Shown here piece by piece: positions 48,652 to 58,692 of a DNA stretch of 64,000 nt; position 1 is the stretch's first letter; every line of letters starts with the position of its first letter. The notes beneath the pieces were generated by a model. That model did not search any database. It was not told where the DNA came from and saw only the letters and a program-made list of their open reading frames with translations. Where the stretch lies: positions 448,001 through 512,000 of the forward strand of contig CAWIEK010000049.1 in assembly GCA_963835065.1 (NCBI GenBank), written 5' to 3'. Source of the DNA: an uncultured Chthonomonadaceae bacterium. Its GTDB lineage: Bacteria > Armatimonadota > Chthonomonadetes > Chthonomonadales > Chthonomonadaceae. A program made the translations under genes and the position numbers.

Positions 48652-50631
48652 CTATTTCCCCGCGATGGCAGGCAGGATGTACCCCAGTTGGCGCAAGCCC
48701 TTACGGAAGGCGGCTTCGTTTTCCGCGCTGACGACAATAAAGCGCTCCCCGGCGGGCTGGCAGTAACGCTTGGTGCGCGGGTCGTGGACAATCAGCAGGG
48801 CCGTGTCCTTGTCGGCGCACTCAATCAGCCGCGCCATGCCCCGATCTAAGACGCGGCGGCTGCGTTCCTCCACATCGTCCAGAAACCGCGCAATCACATC
48901 GGGCAGTTCGTTTTCACTGCGCGTTTGCAGCAGTTCGCGCAGTTCTTTCAGGTCGCGCCCGCTTTCCACCGCTCCCAGCATCTTCGCCTGATCCAATTTC
49001 CACACGCGCTCGGAACTCTTTTCCGCGTACAGGCTCAAAATCAATACTTCTCCCGCTGCCGCCTCCAAATCCGTAATCACCACATCCCGGTTGGGCAGGA
49101 CGCGCAGAGTCGGGCGGTGTTCCTGCGGGGCAAGCGCATAGGTTTCCGTCAGGCCCAGGCAGTACGCGCCCAGCGCATTCAGGCGCAGGTATAGCAGGCC
49201 GTCATAGCGGCTGAAAAAGTCCAGTTCGTCCGTTCCCCACAATTCGGAATAGTCCGAACGGACGCCTGCAGGCTGCGTATATGCCACATCAATCAAGCCA
49301 AGCGTGGCCGCGTACTCGAACAGGAAGCACAGCGTATAGCGTCCCTGCAAAACATTCCACGAACTCTCCCCGCCGGCATCTCCCAGGCTGCCATACTGCG
49401 CGGACTCAATATACAGGCTCCATTCATCACGGGTTACTTCAAAATCGTGTTCGGCATGAAGGTAGCGCAAAAAAGCGTCCACAGACACCCATTTCCCAAC
49501 CGGGCAGACCCGCAGCATTTGCCCAATAGCCTCGCGGCGGCCTTTGGGCGCGGTCAATCCTTTTTGGCCGTTGCCCGTCTGCCCACGTATGTTGTTGATA
49601 CGCCGCAGTTCATCATACAAAGACGACTTCAGCCAACTTTGCCACAGTCCGCGCAGGGTTTCCGAGGGAGCAGCCAGCAGAGTCTTTTGGCCGTTGGGCG
49701 TCAGGGCAAGTTTTTTACCGTTCAGCGCGGCCAGTCTTCCCGCCTGCACCAGAAGGGGCCAAGCAAACGCCTTGACCGGCCCGACGGCCTCCTCCTCTTC
49801 CTCACGCCAGGGAGAAGCGTTTGGATGCTGACCTTTGGGCCGGCTGCCGAACGCCGTCATTTCCAGGGGTGTGGGTTCGTCACCATCCGCGTCTTCGTCC
49901 TCATCTGTTTCCTCAGCCGCGCCGGGCATGTTGTCGTAGAAGTCGCCGCCGTGCAGCAACGCGCCCACTGCTTTGACCGCGCCCGCCGTTGCCAGATTCG
50001 TCTTCTCACTGACAGCGATTTTGCCCGCGCTGATGAGCCGCAGCACGACGGACGCATCCTGCAAAGCGTCCCGCTCTGTTTCCCGCCGGACAATCGGCAG
50101 CGGCGTGATGACATTGGAATACTTTTTGGTCCCGTAGTCATACCGCTTTTCCGCCAGCCCATACAGGGCGGGGATGTCGTCGAGCGTTTGCAGCGTCAGG
50201 GGCGGCGGGATTGGCACAAACGCCTTCAGGCGCGGCTTCAAGTCTGCGGGCAGCAGATCGCGGTGCAGGAACATACTCAGCAGCGCAGTTTCTTCCTTAT
50301 ACCCATTTTGCCAGCTTCCCCGTGTGCCGAAATAGGGAGTTTTGCCATACTTTGCGCGGAACCGGACGGCATCGTAGCGGCCATCTGAGGCGTATAAAGC
50401 CTCTGCCACTGCCGCCTGCTGCGTCGCGTCCAGGCGATCCCAGGCTTCGCGCAGTTTCGCCCCGTCCATCTGCGCCACCAGAAGGTCAATGATTGCGGAC
50501 TTGCGCGTTGGCCGTTCCGCCGTCTTGAACAGCGCAAGCAGTTGCTTCAAACTGTCTATGGTATAAATTTCCAGCGCGTCTTTCAGCGTGGCGTAGGCAA
50601 CCATTTCCTGATAGGAACTCATTCTGTGCAT
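48652..50631 (-). CDS. XPB/Ssl2 helicase-associated (Helicase_C_3-like) domain protein
   Basis: N-terminal LKQL...PTRKSAII..L; winged-helix-like LTPNG and LNALG segments; C-terminal LRVLPNRDVV...WKLDQ...LRELLQTRSENELPDVIARFLDD. No Walker motifs. Confidence 0.7.
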   Translation of the reverse strand: MHRMSSYQEMVAYATLKDALEIYTIDSLKQLLALFKTAERPTRKSAIIDLLVAQMDGAKLREAWDRLDATQQAAVAEALYASDGRYDAVRFRAKYGKTPYFGTRGSWQNGYKEETALLSMFLHRDLLPADLKPRLKAFVPIPPPLTLQTLDDIPALYGLAEKRYDYGTKKYSNVITPLPIVRRETERDALQDASVVLRLISAGKIAVSEKTNLATAGAVKAVGALLHGGDFYDNMPGAAEETDEDEDADGDEPTPLEMTAFGSRPKGQHPNASPWREEEEEAVGPVKAFAWPLLVQAGRLAALNGKKLALTPNGQKTLLAAPSETLRGLWQSWLKSSLYDELRRINNIRGQTGNGQKGLTAPKGRREAIGQMLRVCPVGKWVSVDAFLRYLHAEHDFEVTRDEWSLYIESAQYGSLGDAGGESSWNVLQGRYTLCFLFEYAATLGLIDVAYTQPAGVRSDYSELWGTDELDFFSRYDGLLYLRLNALGAYCLGLTETYALAPQEHRPTLRVLPNRDVVITDLEAAAGEVLILSLYAEKSSERVWKLDQAKMLGAVESGRDLKELRELLQTRSENELPDVIARFLDDVEERSRRVLDRGMARLIECADKDTALLIVHDPRTKRYCQPAGERFIVVSAENEAAFRKGLRQLGYILPAIAGK

Positions 50632-50866
50632 CCTTCGATGAGGGATATATGTCCATCAGTATACCGCTAAACTTCTGCCAACAGGTCTCCGGGATGGCCG
50701 AACAATCCGTAATGGCATCAACAAGACTTGACAAGTCTGCCAAATCCGTTCATACTAAACTCGCCTCGCACACATCTTCGCAGTTTATTCGATTTTGAGT
50801 CTGACGTTGCCGCTCACGGTTTCCTCCCCACCAACCGGAACCACGTTCCTCCCAGGAGATATTTTC

Positions 50867-52241
50867 ATGGTTTTTCATCGCTTCACACCGTCCTGTTTCT
50901 CACATTCTACGCGACGCGCCGCAAGCCTATTGCTTGTTTCCGCTTTCGCCGCCACCGCCACCACCCGCGCCCAAACACCTCCCTCCCCCAACCCCAACAC
51001 TCAACTCCCAACCTGCTTCCCCAATCGCAATCCAATCGGCAATCGGCAATGAAGAATTGCGCGGCATGTGGGTCATCTGCGACAGCCTGGAATCGCCCGC
51101 GTCCATTCATCAGGTAATCGTCACGGCGAAGAAATACGGATTGAACGCGCTGTTTGTGCAGGTGCGCTCTCGCGGGGATGCCTGGTACAATTCATCGTAT
51201 GAACCCCGCGCCGAAGGCTTGAGCGGGCAGCCGCGCAGTTTTGATCCTCTGACGCAGATGGTTGCGGAAGGACACGAGGCGGGGCTGGAAATCCATGCCT
51301 GGCTCAATACCTTCATTACCTGGAGCAAGCCGCGCCGTCCCCGCAGCCCGCAGCACGTTTGGAACGCGCACCCGGAGTGGTTTTCCCATGACTGGCACGG
51401 ACGGCTTTCCACCGCCAACACGGAAGACTGCGAGGGCGTGTTCCTGCAGCCCAGCAACCCGCAGGTGCAGCAGCATCTTTTCAACGTGTTTACCGATGTG
51501 GCCGCCCGCTACGACGTGGACGGCATCCACTTCGATTATGTGCGCTACCCTAACACCACGTATGATTTTTCCGGTTCTACGCTGGCCCGCTTCGCCGCTT
51601 ATATGCGAACGGACACGGACGCGGCGACCATTCAGAAACTCGACGCCCGACTGAAGCACGATCCGAAAGCCTATGTTCATGCGTTCGGCAGGCAATGGGA
51701 GGATTGGCGGCGGGCGCAGGTGACGGGACTGGTAACGCGCATTTCGCAGGCAGTGAAGGCCAACAAGCCCTGGATGCAGGTCTCGGCAGCCGTGTTTCCC
51801 GACGCCAAAGATGCGTCTACGGATCGGGGGCAGGACTGGATGGCCTGGCTGCACGAGGGCGTACTGGACTCGGTTTCGCTGATGGCCTACAATACCAGCA
51901 CGGCGCGGATCGTGGAGCAGACAAAGCGCGCGGTTGCCATAGCGGGCGAGCGCAAAGTGTATACGGGTATCGGCGCATGGCGCTTGTCCGCCCACGACGT
52001 AGCGGCGAAAATCGCCAAAGTGCGGCAGGCGGGCGCGTCGGGCGTCAACCTGTTCTCTTACGACGAAGTTCACAACCGCCGCCAATACCTGAGTACGCTA
52101 TCACGGGGCGTGTTTGCCAGTCGCTCGGCTCCCCCGCGTATGCGCTGGCTGCCCTCCCGGAGCGGAAGCGTCAACCGGAACGGCCAGAACCCGGAACAGT
52201 CCAAACCGGAACAAACCAAACCGGAACAAACCCAACCGTAG
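50867..52241 (+). CDS. Exported glycoside hydrolase-like family 10 (DUF187, YddW/DigH-like); indel near 51010
   Basis: AGGAG RBS, signal peptide; ELRGMWV, NALFVQVRSRGDAWY, FDPL, EIHAWLN, YDVDGIHFDYVRYP. Confidence 0.9.
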
Positions 52242-52317
52242 GTTACAACATTGGCGCAGAACAAACAGAGGCGCGACACCCGGCTTATAAGAATCCGGTT
52301 CCAACAAAGGAGACACG

Positions 52318-54690
52318 ATGCGGAAAGGAACTGTTGGTCTTCTGGCGCTGTTTTGCCTGTGGGCGGCGCAATGCCGCGCGGACATCCCTGCCGAAGTGAT
52401 TCGGCAGGGCAAGAAAGCGACGGCGTTTGTGTACACGAGTCGGGCGGAGGGAAGCGCCTTCTGCATTGACGCGAACGGGCTGTTTGTCACCAACGCGCAT
52501 GTGCTGGAAGGCGCGGCGGTCCACAGCCGCGTCATGCTGGCGCTCAATCCCGGCGAAAGCAACCAGCGTGTGCTGGAAGCCGAAGTTGTCCGGGAAGACA
52601 AGCAGGCCGATCTTGCATTGCTGCAAACCAAAGAAACCACCGGGCTGACGGAACTGGAACTTGGCAGCGTCGGGGCATTGTCGGAAACGCAATCGGTTGT
52701 CGCGTTTGGCTATCCATTCGGCTCCGAACTTGCTGTTGCGGGCGGCAAATACCCTGCCATATCCGTCAACGTCGGGCGCATTACCGCCCTGCGCCACAAG
52801 GGCGGCAGCCTGCACGAACTGCAATTGGAAGCGTCCCTGAACCCCGGAAACTCCGGCGGGCCGGTACTCAACACAAAGGGGCAGGTTGTCGGCGTGGTGC
52901 AGGCGGGCGTACCGGGAACCCGCATTGAGTTCGCCATTGCCGTCAATCGCCTGCGCGACTTTCTGCGCAGCGTACAAGTCGTGCCCCGTTTTCCACAGTT
53001 GACGACGCGGACGCAGCAATCACCGCAAACGTTTGCTGTAGACGTGCTAACCCCGGTCAGACCCGCTTCGACGCTTGCCGTCACGCTTGCGCTGACGATG
53101 CCGGGGCAGGAAACCCGCGAATTTACCCTCAAGCACCTGAGCGGCAATCGGTTCAGCGTACAGGCCGTACCCCTTCCGTTGAATGTGCAGACCGTGCATT
53201 TACTGGTGAAAGACGCTTCCGGTTCCGGTGACTACATCGTAAAAAACAAGTCCGTGTCCGTAGGCGGCCAAGCCTGCAAACTGAGCGACATCAAACAGGT
53301 GGTTTACGGCAGTTCCGCTTATGCCGTGATGACGGACGGGCAAAAGCGAACGGGCATTATTTACGGGCTGACGGGGCTGGAAACGATTGAGGGTGGCGGC
53401 GTTCGTTTGGACATAACCGGAGCCAGAGAGATTCAGATACAGCCGCAGACGCTGGCAGGCGAAGAACTGAAATATCGCATTGTGGTGCGCGCGGACGGGC
53501 AGACGGTTTGCGAAGCATCCGGCGGACTGAAAATTCAGGCCGCTCCCCTTGCGCCGCTTGCGCCTGCCGCCGATGTGGTGACAGGACCGGGGCATCCGGC
53601 AGGCGCGGGGGAACCGGGCAGTATTTCTTTCGCCCCCTCCCGCGTGTACCCCGTTCCCGCAGCGCTGGATGTTGTTACAGCGGCGGACCTGGATGGAGAT
53701 AAATGGCCGGATGTGGTTGTCGGCGGCGGGCAGGAACTCGGCGTCCTGTATAATCATCGCAACGGTACGCTGGAACCCTACACGCGCCTGCTGACCTGGC
53801 AGGCCGGTGTTATGAACCGCGCCATTGCCGATGTCAACGGCGACGGTCTCCCGGACATTATCTTCACCGATGGCGCGGAACGGCTCGTGATTCTAATCAA
53901 TCAAGGAAACCGTCACTTTGCGGAGCCGACTTTTCAGCAGATTGGCCGGATTTCAACCCTGACAGTGGCGGATGTGAACGGAGACGGGAACCTGGACATT
54001 ATCGCTGTCGGCGGCGACGGCGGGGGCCTGTCGCGGGTAGTGCAAATTCTGCTGAATGACGGCAGTGGCGTGTTCCATGAGAAGTCACGATTTACGCGCT
54101 TCGATTACGCCGAGGGCGCGGCGGTGGGGGACCTCAACGGGGATGGCAAGGTAGATTTGGCCGTCACTTTTGAAACGTCTACCGTAGACCGAAGCGGCGT
54201 ACAAATTTATTATGGCGACGGCACAGGCAACTTTCAGCCCGGCCCCACCTATTACATCGGTACGCAAAACATGTTCGGCCCGACTCTAACGGATTTTAAC
54301 GGTGACGGCAAACTCGACCTGGCCCTGTGCAACTACTGGTCCGGCACCATCGTCGTGATGTTCGGGAACGGCGACGGCACATTCAAGCCCTACACGCGCT
54401 ACCCTGCCGCCAGCTACCCGCTCCACACGGCGGTGGCAGACTTTAACGGCGATGGCTGGCCCGACATTGCCGTGCCGATTAACGGCAATGGAAGCGTATA
54501 TGTTTACCGCAATCGCGGCGGCGGAATCTTCGTAGATCCCCTCGTTGTGCCTTCCGGCGGCAAGGACACGCGCAGTTGCTGTGTCGCGGACTTCAACCGG
54601 GACGGCAAGCCCGACCTGGTGGTTCAAAACATGGAAACCAAAACCATCGGGGTACTCATCAATACCAGTCCTGATGCTGTGTCACGGTAG
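52318..54690 (+). CDS. Exported trypsin-like (S1C) serine protease with FG-GAP/VCBS repeats
   Basis: Signal peptide; TNAHV, ADLALL and NPGNSGGP triad; seven D(V/F/L)(N/D)GDGxxD-type repeats. Confidence 0.9.
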   Translation: MRKGTVGLLALFCLWAAQCRADIPAEVIRQGKKATAFVYTSRAEGSAFCIDANGLFVTNAHVLEGAAVHSRVMLALNPGESNQRVLEAEVVREDKQADLALLQTKETTGLTELELGSVGALSETQSVVAFGYPFGSELAVAGGKYPAISVNVGRITALRHKGGSLHELQLEASLNPGNSGGPVLNTKGQVVGVVQAGVPGTRIEFAIAVNRLRDFLRSVQVVPRFPQLTTRTQQSPQTFAVDVLTPVRPASTLAVTLALTMPGQETREFTLKHLSGNRFSVQAVPLPLNVQTVHLLVKDASGSGDYIVKNKSVSVGGQACKLSDIKQVVYGSSAYAVMTDGQKRTGIIYGLTGLETIEGGGVRLDITGAREIQIQPQTLAGEELKYRIVVRADGQTVCEASGGLKIQAAPLAPLAPAADVVTGPGHPAGAGEPGSISFAPSRVYPVPAALDVVTAADLDGDKWPDVVVGGGQELGVLYNHRNGTLEPYTRLLTWQAGVMNRAIADVNGDGLPDIIFTDGAERLVILINQGNRHFAEPTFQQIGRISTLTVADVNGDGNLDIIAVGGDGGGLSRVVQILLNDGSGVFHEKSRFTRFDYAEGAAVGDLNGDGKVDLAVTFETSTVDRSGVQIYYGDGTGNFQPGPTYYIGTQNMFGPTLTDFNGDGKLDLALCNYWSGTIVVMFGNGDGTFKPYTRYPAASYPLHTAVADFNGDGWPDIAVPINGNGSVYVYRNRGGGIFVDPLVVPSGGKDTRSCCVADFNRDGKPDLVVQNMETKTIGVLINTSPDAVSR

Positions 54691-54747
54691 AAGGCAGGGT
54701 ACGTTATGGCGTTTCTACTGCATACATTGTTACGACGGAGAATACAA

Positions 54748-55320
54748 ATGCGAAAATTAAGCGCGGGCTTTTTGGTGGCTTTAGGCTTGATTGGCCTGCC
54801 GACGCTTGCCGCTACGGAACCGCAGGCAGACTTGCCGCCGGATTTTCTTCCCACCTTTCAGATAATGGATGCGGCGTATGCGCGCCAGGACATCGAGGGA
54901 ATTGTGGCGCGCTACGCCCCGCATTGCGCGTTCACTGAGGTTAGTCTAATTACCAGCATGTCAACTCCCAATGCTGCCGGCAAGGACGTGGAAACCAAGC
55001 TCAAAACCCATTTCCGACATGATCTTGCGTGGCAGCGTCAGAACTTACAGCAGTTTTTCACGGTGACAGATGGGCCGCCAGACTCTCAATTTCCACCGGC
55101 GCGAAAGACAACCGTCACGTCCAGCGTACAACAATCCGTTCTGAACCGCAAAGCAACGGAATTGCGCCTGACTGTGGAGCGCAAGGTTCATTTTGATCGC
55201 GGGCAGGCACAGGAAATACGCAGCGAAGTGGATGAGGAGGTATGGAGCAAAAACGCGCAGGGCTGGAAGCTTAAACGCCTCACGATACATCCAAAAGGAG
55301 ATATGATCTTTATCGGTTAA
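54748..55320 (+). CDS. Exported NTF2/SnoaL-like hypothetical protein
   Basis: GGAG RBS, signal peptide, AAYARQDIEGIVARYAP and EVWSKNAQGWKL ends typical of the NTF2 fold. Confidence 0.6.
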   Translation: MRKLSAGFLVALGLIGLPTLAATEPQADLPPDFLPTFQIMDAAYARQDIEGIVARYAPHCAFTEVSLITSMSTPNAAGKDVETKLKTHFRHDLAWQRQNLQQFFTVTDGPPDSQFPPARKTTVTSSVQQSVLNRKATELRLTVERKVHFDRGQAQEIRSEVDEEVWSKNAQGWKLKRLTIHPKGDMIFIG

Positions 55321-55465
55321 TAGAAAAAACCAGTTAAGCATGGTACTGACGCTTGTGACCGGTATACGAAATACCGGCTGTCAGGCATGCGACCAATTGT
55401 CCTGCGGACACGAGATAGCGCCATGTTAAAGTGGTTTGTCTATAAGCGTTACTTTGAGTTGTGAT

Positions 55466-55500
55466 AAAACGGGCAGAGGTAATGTTCCTTTGCCCGTTTT
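55466..55500. terminator. Bidirectional intrinsic terminator
   Basis: AAAACGGGCAGAGG-loop-CCTTTGCCCGTTTT between convergent genes. Confidence 0.7.
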
Positions 55501-55532
55501 GCTTCGGATAGGCGCGTGGCGGGGTTATGCCG

Positions 55533-56132
55533 CTACTTCTTTTTATCGGCTTTCTTGGTGTCCTTGTCCGCGTCTTTGTCGCCGCTCAGCCGGACGGACG
55601 TAATCACATCGCCAACAGCCAGTTTGTCCACCAACTCCGCGCCTTTGGTCACTTTGCCGAACGCGCAGTAACCGCTGTCCAGGCTGTGGTTGGCTTTCAG
55701 GTTGATGAAAATCTGGCAGTCGCCGCTGTTGGGATTTTGGGAACGCGCCAGGCCGAGCGTGTACTTCTCGTGCAGCATCTTGGCCTCTAAGGGAACCGGG
55801 TGGCCGGAGTCGTGCGATCCAATCCCGTTCGCGTCGAACTGATCCGGGCTGAGATTCTTGCTTTTAGGGTCGCCCCATTGCACCACGAAGCCGGGTTCCA
55901 CGCGGTGAATTTTGATGCCGTCGTAGAACTTCTGCTTGACCAAATCCACGATGTGCGCGACGGTTTTGGGAGCCATGTTCGGGTACAACTCCATGACAAT
56001 CGTGCCTCGTTTGGCAACCACCATCGTAATCTTGGGGTTGTCGGCGGCATGAGCCGCTAATGTCGCCACCACAAACAACATCGCCAGCAGCGCCGACCAA
56101 AAGCCGCGCTCTCCAAATCTATTCGTGTTCAA
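55533..56132 (-). CDS. Exported cyclophilin-type peptidyl-prolyl isomerase
   Basis: APKTVAH, FYDGIKIHRVEPGFVVQWGDP, LARS..PNSGDCQIFI, YCAFGKV. Confidence 0.9.
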   Translation of the reverse strand: MNTNRFGERGFWSALLAMLFVVATLAAHAADNPKITMVVAKRGTIVMELYPNMAPKTVAHIVDLVKQKFYDGIKIHRVEPGFVVQWGDPKSKNLSPDQFDANGIGSHDSGHPVPLEAKMLHEKYTLGLARSQNPNSGDCQIFINLKANHSLDSGYCAFGKVTKGAELVDKLAVGDVITSVRLSGDKDADKDTKKADKKK

Positions 56133-56149
56133 ATGCTTCTCCTTGTAGG

Positions 56150-56264
56150 TAGGGGGTTATGGTTTTAGGGTTCTATGGTGTTAGGTATTGGGTATTAGGT
56201 GTTGGGCTTCTGTCTTCTGTCTTCTGTCTTCTGCCTAATATCTAATGCCTAATGCCTCATGCCT
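56150..56264. repeat. Composite heptamer element (TTRGGTR)n-(CTTCTGT)3-(CCTAATG)n
   Basis: Inverted arms with a third array inside, between the two cyclophilin genes. Confidence 0.85.
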
Positions 56265-56996
56265 CTACTGCGCCGTCAAACTTTTAATCACATCGCCCTT
56301 TTGGATTTTGTCTACCACGTCCTGCCCTTCCACAACCATGCCGAAGACGCAGTATTGATGGTCGAGGGCGGGGTTATCATTCAGGTTGAAGTAAAACTGG
56401 CAGTCGCCGCTGTTGGGCGATTGCGAGCGCGCCAGGCCGATGCTGTACTTCTTGTGCAGCAGATGCGCTTCCAGGGGCACAGTCTTGCCGGAGTCGTGGG
56501 AGCCGATGCTTTTGGCGTCGAACTCCTCCACGCTGGCGTCTTTGCTTTCCGGGTCGCCGCCCTGCACGACGAAACCGGGTTCAAGGCGGTGGAACTTGAT
56601 GCCTTCATAAAAATGCCGATGGCACAGATCGAGGAAATGCGCGACGGTTTGCGGAGCCGCTTTGGGGTACAACTCCATGACGATTTTACCCCGGCCTTCC
56701 ACTTCCAGAGTGGCTTTTTGCGCCCCGGCTTTCACCTGTTCAAAGGTCATGGGCGTGGTGTCCGCGGGGGGCGCGTCTGCCGCTGCCGGGGGCGTTGTTT
56801 TTCCATTGGCTGGCGTTGATTTGGCGGTGGCCTGCTGTTTGCGCGCTTCTTCCTGCTCTTTCTCCTCGTCAACGCGGGCCTGGTCAGCGGGCGGCAAAGC
56901 GCCGCGATTCGGATGCCTGGAGGAAACAACGGCAGTCAAGAGAATGGCGGCTAAAATTAACCCCACAATTCCCAACAAAGGGCTGATGGATCGCAT
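56265..56996 (-). CDS. Membrane-anchored cyclophilin-type peptidyl-prolyl isomerase
   Basis: N-terminal TM helix; APQTVAHF, FHRLEPGFVVQGGDP, NSGDCQFYF, YCVFGMV. Confidence 0.9.
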   Translation of the reverse strand: MRSISPLLGIVGLILAAILLTAVVSSRHPNRGALPPADQARVDEEKEQEEARKQQATAKSTPANGKTTPPAAADAPPADTTPMTFEQVKAGAQKATLEVEGRGKIVMELYPKAAPQTVAHFLDLCHRHFYEGIKFHRLEPGFVVQGGDPESKDASVEEFDAKSIGSHDSGKTVPLEAHLLHKKYSIGLARSQSPNSGDCQFYFNLNDNPALDHQYCVFGMVVEGQDVVDKIQKGDVIKSLTAQ

Positions 56997-57262
56997 AACA
57001 ATAGATTCTCCTATCGCAAAGATAAAAACGCAAGGGTAGAAAGCGCAAAGCATAAACGCGCATGGCAAAGGCAATTTGGCAGGGGCTATGCGCTTGTGTT
57101 ATAATGGTGTCTTACCGTGTTGGATGGCAAGTTTTGTTCCCGACAATGAGTGAAGCGCCGTTGCGTGGCGTTGCGCCGTTTTGAGGCTACAAACCGCGCT
57201 TTTTTGATGCAAACAGCCCGACTCAAAACGTAAACAGAGTTATTCTAAGGATATTCTACCCG

Positions 57263-58033
57263 ATGTTAGCTTCCCGCGTGATTCCCTGTCTGGATGTAAA
57301 AGCCGGGCGTGTCGTAAAAGGCGTGAATTTCGTCAATCTGCGCGACGCGGGCGACCCCGTGGAACTGGCCGCGCGCTACGACGCGATGGGCGCGGACGAA
57401 TTGGTTTTTCTGGATATTACGGCCAGCCATGAAGAGCGCGATGTGATTGTGGACGTAGCGCGCCGGGTGGCCGAACAGGTGTTTATTCCCTTTACGGTTG
57501 GCGGCGGCATCCGCACGGTGGACGATTTTCGCAAGATTTTACGGGCAGGAGCCGACAAAGTAGGTGTCAACAGCGCCGCTGTAAAAAACCCGGCCATTAT
57601 GACGCAGGCGGCGGAACAGTTCGGGCGGCAGTGCGTAGTAATCGCCATTGACCCCAAGCGCGTGGGAACCAAACCGGACGGCTCGCCGCATTGGGAAGTG
57701 TTCATCAACGGCGGCAGGACCCCAACGGGATTGGACGCGCTGGAATGGGCGCAGGAAGCCGAACAGCGCGGCGCGGGCGAAATCCTGCTCACAAGCATGG
57801 ACAGGGATGGTACGCAAGTCGGCTACGATCTGGAACTGACCCGCGCCGTCGCCAACAGCGTACAAATTCCCGTCATCGCCTCCGGGGGCGCGGGTACGCC
57901 GCAGCACTGCCTGGAAGCCATAACAAAGGGCCACGCCGACGCCGCTTTAATCGCCTCAATGGTGCATGACGGCCATTACACCATAGAAGACATTAAACAT
58001 TATATGCGCGAACACGGCGTTTGCGTCAGGTAA
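57263..58033 (+). CDS. hisF: Imidazole glycerol phosphate synthase cyclase subunit
   Basis: [47 protein letters not shown]. Confidence 0.97.
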   Translation: MLASRVIPCLDVKAGRVVKGVNFVNLRDAGDPVELAARYDAMGADELVFLDITASHEERDVIVDVARRVAEQVFIPFTVGGGIRTVDDFRKILRAGADKVGVNSAAVKNPAIMTQAAEQFGRQCVVIAIDPKRVGTKPDGSPHWEVFINGGRTPTGLDALEWAQEAEQRGAGEILLTSMDRDGTQVGYDLELTRAVANSVQIPVIASGGAGTPQHCLEAITKGHADAALIASMVHDGHYTIEDIKHYMREHGVCVR

Positions 58034-58034
58034 G

Positions 58035-58156
58035 TAGTTGATAGTTGATGGTTGATAGTTGATAGTTCCTGTACCATAGTCTTTGCTGTGGGTTTGGCTG
58101 ATGATGAGGCTACTCTACATTCGGGCAGATGCCTATCAACTATCAACTATCAACTA
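58035..58156. repeat. Inverted heptamer element (AGTTGAT)4 ... (ATCAACT)3
   Basis: Same unit as at 16529; lies between hisF and hisI. Confidence 0.9.
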
Positions 58157-58171
58157 AAAAGGAGTGTTTTC

Positions 58172-58543
58172 GTGCAAATACCGGAGGGTTTGAAGTACGA
58201 CGGCAATGGATTGATTGCCGCAGTGGTGCAGGATGCGGCCAATGGCGACGTGCTGATGGTTGGTTACATGAACCGCGAGGCTGTGGAACGGACGCTGCAA
58301 ACAAAGCGCGTTACTTTTTGGAGTCGTTCGCGTCAACAATTTTGGGTGAAGGGTGAAACTTCCGGCAACGCGCAGCACGTTATAGAAGTCTATGTGGATT
58401 GCGATCAGGACTGCCTGCTCGTGAAAGTGGAACAAGTCGGCGCCGCCTGCCATGAAGGCTACCGCTCTTGTTTCTTCCGCCGCATTGCCCCCGACGGCAA
58501 CGAACTCGAAACCCTCGGCACACCGTTGATGAAAGCTTATTAA
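58172..58543 (+). CDS. hisI: Phosphoribosyl-AMP cyclohydrolase
   Basis: [44 protein letters not shown]. Confidence 0.96.
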   Translation: MQIPEGLKYDGNGLIAAVVQDAANGDVLMVGYMNREAVERTLQTKRVTFWSRSRQQFWVKGETSGNAQHVIEVYVDCDQDCLLVKVEQVGAACHEGYRSCFFRRIAPDGNELETLGTPLMKAY

Positions 58544-58546
58544 TGC

Positions 58547-58667
58547 GGGTGTTCAGGTGTTCAGGTATTCGGGTTTCAGGAAATACAGAAGTACCGCAGT
58601 TTACTATGGCACAGCAAGTTGAATACCTGAACACCTGAACACCTGAACACCCGAATACCTGAACACC
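58547..58667. repeat. Inverted octamer element (RGGTRTTC)n ... (GAAYACCY)6
   Basis: Same unit as at 13452 and 47670. Confidence 0.9.
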
Positions 58668-58692
58668 GTTTTACGAAGGGAACTACCCATCC

